From Mayamaea pseudoterrestris (lineage: Eukaryota): DNA of 48,940 nt. The stretch is taken from assembly GCA_027923505.1 (NCBI GenBank), contig BROI01000022.1, positions 620,001-668,940 on the forward strand, given 5' to 3'. Under the pieces are notes generated by a model, which saw only the letters and a list, made by a program, of their open reading frames with translations, was not told the DNA's origin and did no database searches. Positions 45,739 through 48,940 of the stretch are shown here, piece by piece. Position 1 is the stretch's first letter. Each line of letters begins with the position of its first letter. Position numbers and translations under genes: made by a program.

Positions 45739-46789
45739 TCGTTGTCGTAGTGCATACGCCTGGCGTTCGTCCAAAGCCGAAGGGCCGAATCACGGGCAGT
45801 CTTGTGGAGATTGCTCCTCGAATAGTCTTGCGCTCGTCACTCGACCATTGCTATCGTACCAAACTTGTAGTTCTAAATTGTGAGCTGGATCGCCGTCGCT
45901 ACAGACCGAACCATGGAAGCTAGCAATAGCTCCAGCAGGCGATGATTGTCGCTGCTGTTTGGCATGACTGTACTCAAGCTGCTCCAGCTGCTACTCCATG
46001 ATGTAAATGGGTGAACTTGGATGCCTGTATCATTCATTCGCTCCAAGCCTCGTCTTGAGGATGTTGTTCGCGTAATATCATGCAAATTGCGGTGCGCCGA
46101 CAAGGGTTCACGCTGCTGCTTGCTGCAATTAATTCTTCCAGCCATGCTGCTGCCAGTGCTGGTATTCGAGTATATCCACGGTCCCGCAACGAAACATTGC
46201 GCCAAAACTCCATAGTAGGACCGTTGCATCAAGCGATGTCTTAGTAGCAACGTAGCTGACGATAATGAATTAGAATTTGCTGCTTGAAGTGATGCTGTCA
46301 CGCCGCCGCATGAGGATCTCTTTCGATGAGCGTCAGAATGGGGTCTGATTGAGACGACTTTTGTAGCCCAATCAGTCCCAAAAAGAAGCATATTAGATGA
46401 GGACATGCTGGTTAAACTCAATCAGGCAGTCTGGTGACCCGCTCAGTCTATGAATGAGCAAGTGATGGAAGGATTCGCTGCTCGTCCATCCTTTTGACGC
46501 CGTGCCTCCGCGCCTTGCTGCGCGCACGCGACAGATGGACACTGCAAGCGCGAGTAAAAAGTAAAGCATGTCTGGCGCGAGCGCCGGCCGAGTCGATTTC
46601 ATCGCCAAATTCATCTTTTCCTCAACGCACACATGAAAACTTCCGCGACTCTCCAAAGCTTTGGCAAATGCAGTTCCACAATCCGGCCCTCTACTAGCTT
46701 GATACTTGCTACTTGCTACTCCAGACAGACTTAAACCCTCAATATAGATTGAGTCGCCGATTCTACCTATACATAAATTCGTTGCCACA

Positions 46790-48262
46790 ATGAATCTTCA
46801 TTTGGGCGTTTGTCACGCGGATGAAACCAAGGACAATGATCAACATCCAGAGGACGCAAATTCACATGCGGAGTCGCGTCGCGGCTTGCTGAAAAAGCTC
46901 ATTGATCACTACTCGTCAACACCCATTGTCGAAGACGTCGACTGTGCAGCAACGACAGACAATACAGATACAACATTATATGACAATGAAGTTAAGCCAT
47001 TCTCCAAGCTATCCTTGCTAACAGCATCGGAACGACAGTTTTTGGAACACCTGGTCCAGAATGGAGACCTGGAGTCGATTGAGGCTGCCTCCTTGCGTCT
47101 AACAGATCTATTTCCACCGGAGGAGCTGGATGAACCTCACGATGAGCAGCAGCAAGTGCAAGCAGCAACGTCGAGTGGTGGACTTTCATTGAGCAAGAGC
47201 AAACGCGACTCAATGCTGCAGCAGGAACTCTTTCGCCTGCACGAGACTCAAAAAATGGCACCGAGTCGAGTGTTGCAGCACATGTCGCTGGTTCATCGCA
47301 ACTCGATTTTGGATGAGGAGGATGCAACACCCGCTACAAATACCGACTTGAGTTCCTTTCTTTCGGCACCAACGGATGAATTTAGTGGCTCCTTGAGTCA
47401 AGCATCCATGAGCTCCGATTGGAATACATTCAAAGACATTTCAACTTGGGTCGATGGAGGTGTTGGCGTTGAAGTGACGAGTGAAAATGGCGTGGTGGCC
47501 AAGGCTACTGAAACCAAGGCTCCCTTTAAAATTCTGGGCACAACGGCGGACGACGTATCCTGTCACCCACATGTGCTGAGTCCACCACTCATGGAGTCGC
47601 TCTTGGCCTTTTTACCGGAAAGCTTGACGGATTTCAACTTTTTCCTCAAGTACAGCCTGGTGCGAGACGGAGCTGGTCTGTGGACACTCCTTCGCAACAT
47701 TCGCGCCAGCAGCAATTGCTTTTTGGCGATTGAAACGGTTGACGGCCACGTCTTTGGAGCCTTTACAAGCCAGACTTGGAAAGTGTCGCAAGGCTGGTAT
47801 GGCACCAAGGATTCGTTTCTTTTCAAGCTACGACATTCTAGGTTGGAGAGCGTTCCATCAATATTGGAACAAGTAAAGAATGAATCCGAGATACAAGTCT
47901 ATCCATATCGTCCTGGCAATGTTTCGCTTCAAAAGTGCTGCAAAAGCGGAATCATGATGGGCCAAGGTGAATTGCTGCCGGCAATTGCGGAAGGAGACCA
48001 TTATGGATTCGCCCTGTACTTGGACCCTTCACTGCACAACGGCACAACTGGCACTAGTGAAACGTTTGGCAATCCATGTCTTGTTTCGCCGGAAATGCGT
48101 GGGTCGACTTTTGAAGTTTCCAACATTGAGGTTTGGACGCTTACTCCGCACGTTACGGTTCAAGACGCTGAACGAGCCGAACTATCTACCATGTTTTTGA
48201 CTGGTGAACGACATGAGAAGAATCTGAACTTGATGGACATTATCGTCGGAGGATCAATTTAA
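46790..48262 (+). CDS. TLDc-domain protein (OXR1/NCOA7-like)
   Basis: LKYSLVRDGAGLWTLL, LAIETVDGHVFGAFTS, YGTKDSFLF, GFALYLD, SETFGNPCL and FEVSNIEVW. Confidence 0.92.
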   Translation: MNLHLGVCHADETKDNDQHPEDANSHAESRRGLLKKLIDHYSSTPIVEDVDCAATTDNTDTTLYDNEVKPFSKLSLLTASERQFLEHLVQNGDLESIEAASLRLTDLFPPEELDEPHDEQQQVQAATSSGGLSLSKSKRDSMLQQELFRLHETQKMAPSRVLQHMSLVHRNSILDEEDATPATNTDLSSFLSAPTDEFSGSLSQASMSSDWNTFKDISTWVDGGVGVEVTSENGVVAKATETKAPFKILGTTADDVSCHPHVLSPPLMESLLAFLPESLTDFNFFLKYSLVRDGAGLWTLLRNIRASSNCFLAIETVDGHVFGAFTSQTWKVSQGWYGTKDSFLFKLRHSRLESVPSILEQVKNESEIQVYPYRPGNVSLQKCCKSGIMMGQGELLPAIAEGDHYGFALYLDPSLHNGTTGTSETFGNPCLVSPEMRGSTFEVSNIEVWTLTPHVTVQDAERAELSTMFLTGERHEKNLNLMDIIVGGSI

Positions 48263-48346
48263 GTTATGAGGGACTGTTTAACATAATTTATAGTAGTACG
48301 ATATTTGTTTGTCGATAAAATTAGCGACACACGATGTTGATGCAAA

Positions 48347-48940
48347 TTAGTTGGGCTTGCAGTTACTATCAGCCGCCAAGACGCAAGCTCCAGCCGTCGG
48401 CAGGGTGATGAAGCAATCAATATCCTTGTCATACTTGGCCTTGAAGGCATCCTTCATGGCCTTGACGACATTATCAACACAGTCTCGCTTAACAAGCGTA
48501 ACGGTGCATCCACCAAAACCACCACCCGTAATGCGCGAGCCAAAGACACCTTCCGTCTTTTGCGCAACCTCCACCAACAAGTCAATTTCTTCGCATGAAA
48601 CTTCAAAGTCCGTCTTTAAACTCTCATGACTCTCATTCATCAACTTGCCAACCCGCTCCCAAACTCCCAGCCGCAGAGAAATTTTGCATTCCTTGGTGCG
48701 CGTGTTTTCCGTCACGTAGTGCCTGCCCCGCCGAAAGGCGACACTATCGCAGCGGTCCTTGGTTTGCTCCACATCCTGCAGCGTTGCGTCGCGCATGCTG
48801 CCAACGTGGTAGAGTGGAATCTGCTGCATGGCATCCAAGCAATCGTTCAGTTCGCGGCGGCGATCGCCATACTCCGAGTCGGCAATCTCGTGTTTCACAT
48901 GCGAGTTTGTGACTAGAATGGTAGGCTTGTCGTTGACATC
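48347..48940 (-). CDS. GALK: Galactokinase (GHMP kinase), 5'-partial
   Basis: LVTNSHVKHEIADSEYGDRRREL, HYVTENTR, LMNESHESLKTDFEVSCEEID and GSRITGGGFGGCTV. The frame is open to the window end. Confidence 0.93.
   Translation of the reverse strand, partial: DVNDKPTILVTNSHVKHEIADSEYGDRRRELNDCLDAMQQIPLYHVGSMRDATLQDVEQTKDRCDSVAFRRGRHYVTENTRTKECKISLRLGVWERVGKLMNESHESLKTDFEVSCEEIDLLVEVAQKTEGVFGSRITGGGFGGCTVTLVKRDCVDNVVKAMKDAFKAKYDKDIDCFITLPTAGACVLAADSNCKPN

Noticed and set aside
29860..45760. Autonomous transposon or telomeric repeat explaining the array
   Set aside because: No transposase, reverse transcriptase or helicase ORF, no evident TSD, no TTAGGG-type repeats, and genes continue on both sides.
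30300..45923. Dozens of repeated 66-135-aa ORFs
   Set aside because: They arise from satellite periodicity. Monomer lengths of 169 and 346 are not multiples of 3, 1-bp indels are tolerated, many starts are non-ATG, and no domain is recognisable.

Overview
Eukaryotic, gene-dense sequence with short GT-AG introns, most likely from a diatom (bipartite signal peptide + 'S/A-F' plastid-targeting N-termini; diatom-type LRR and tetraspan genes; the organism is inferred, not proven). Bases 1-29.8 kb hold about 12 genes: P5A-ATPase, NDUFB2, an RNI-like LRR/importin-beta-like HEAT chimera, DUF819, a short VPS13/ATG2-like protein, ABC1 kinase, an AAK-only NAGS homologue, UBL5/HUB1, a four-module EF-hand protein, two tandem claudin-like paralogues and DNAJC25. 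Bases ~29.88-45.74 kb are a non-coding composite satellite locus built from hairpin-rich monomers: A (169 bp), B (356-357 bp) and C (346 bp, an inverted relative of B). Its layout is [inverted, degenerate A] B3 A~10 B3(interrupted by an inverted C~23 block containing a 2,960-bp near-exact duplication) A~20. The hairpin stems show compensatory substitutions and several junctions fall at hairpins. A TLDc gene and the 3' part of a galactokinase close the window. All family calls come from motif recognition by eye; no searches were run.
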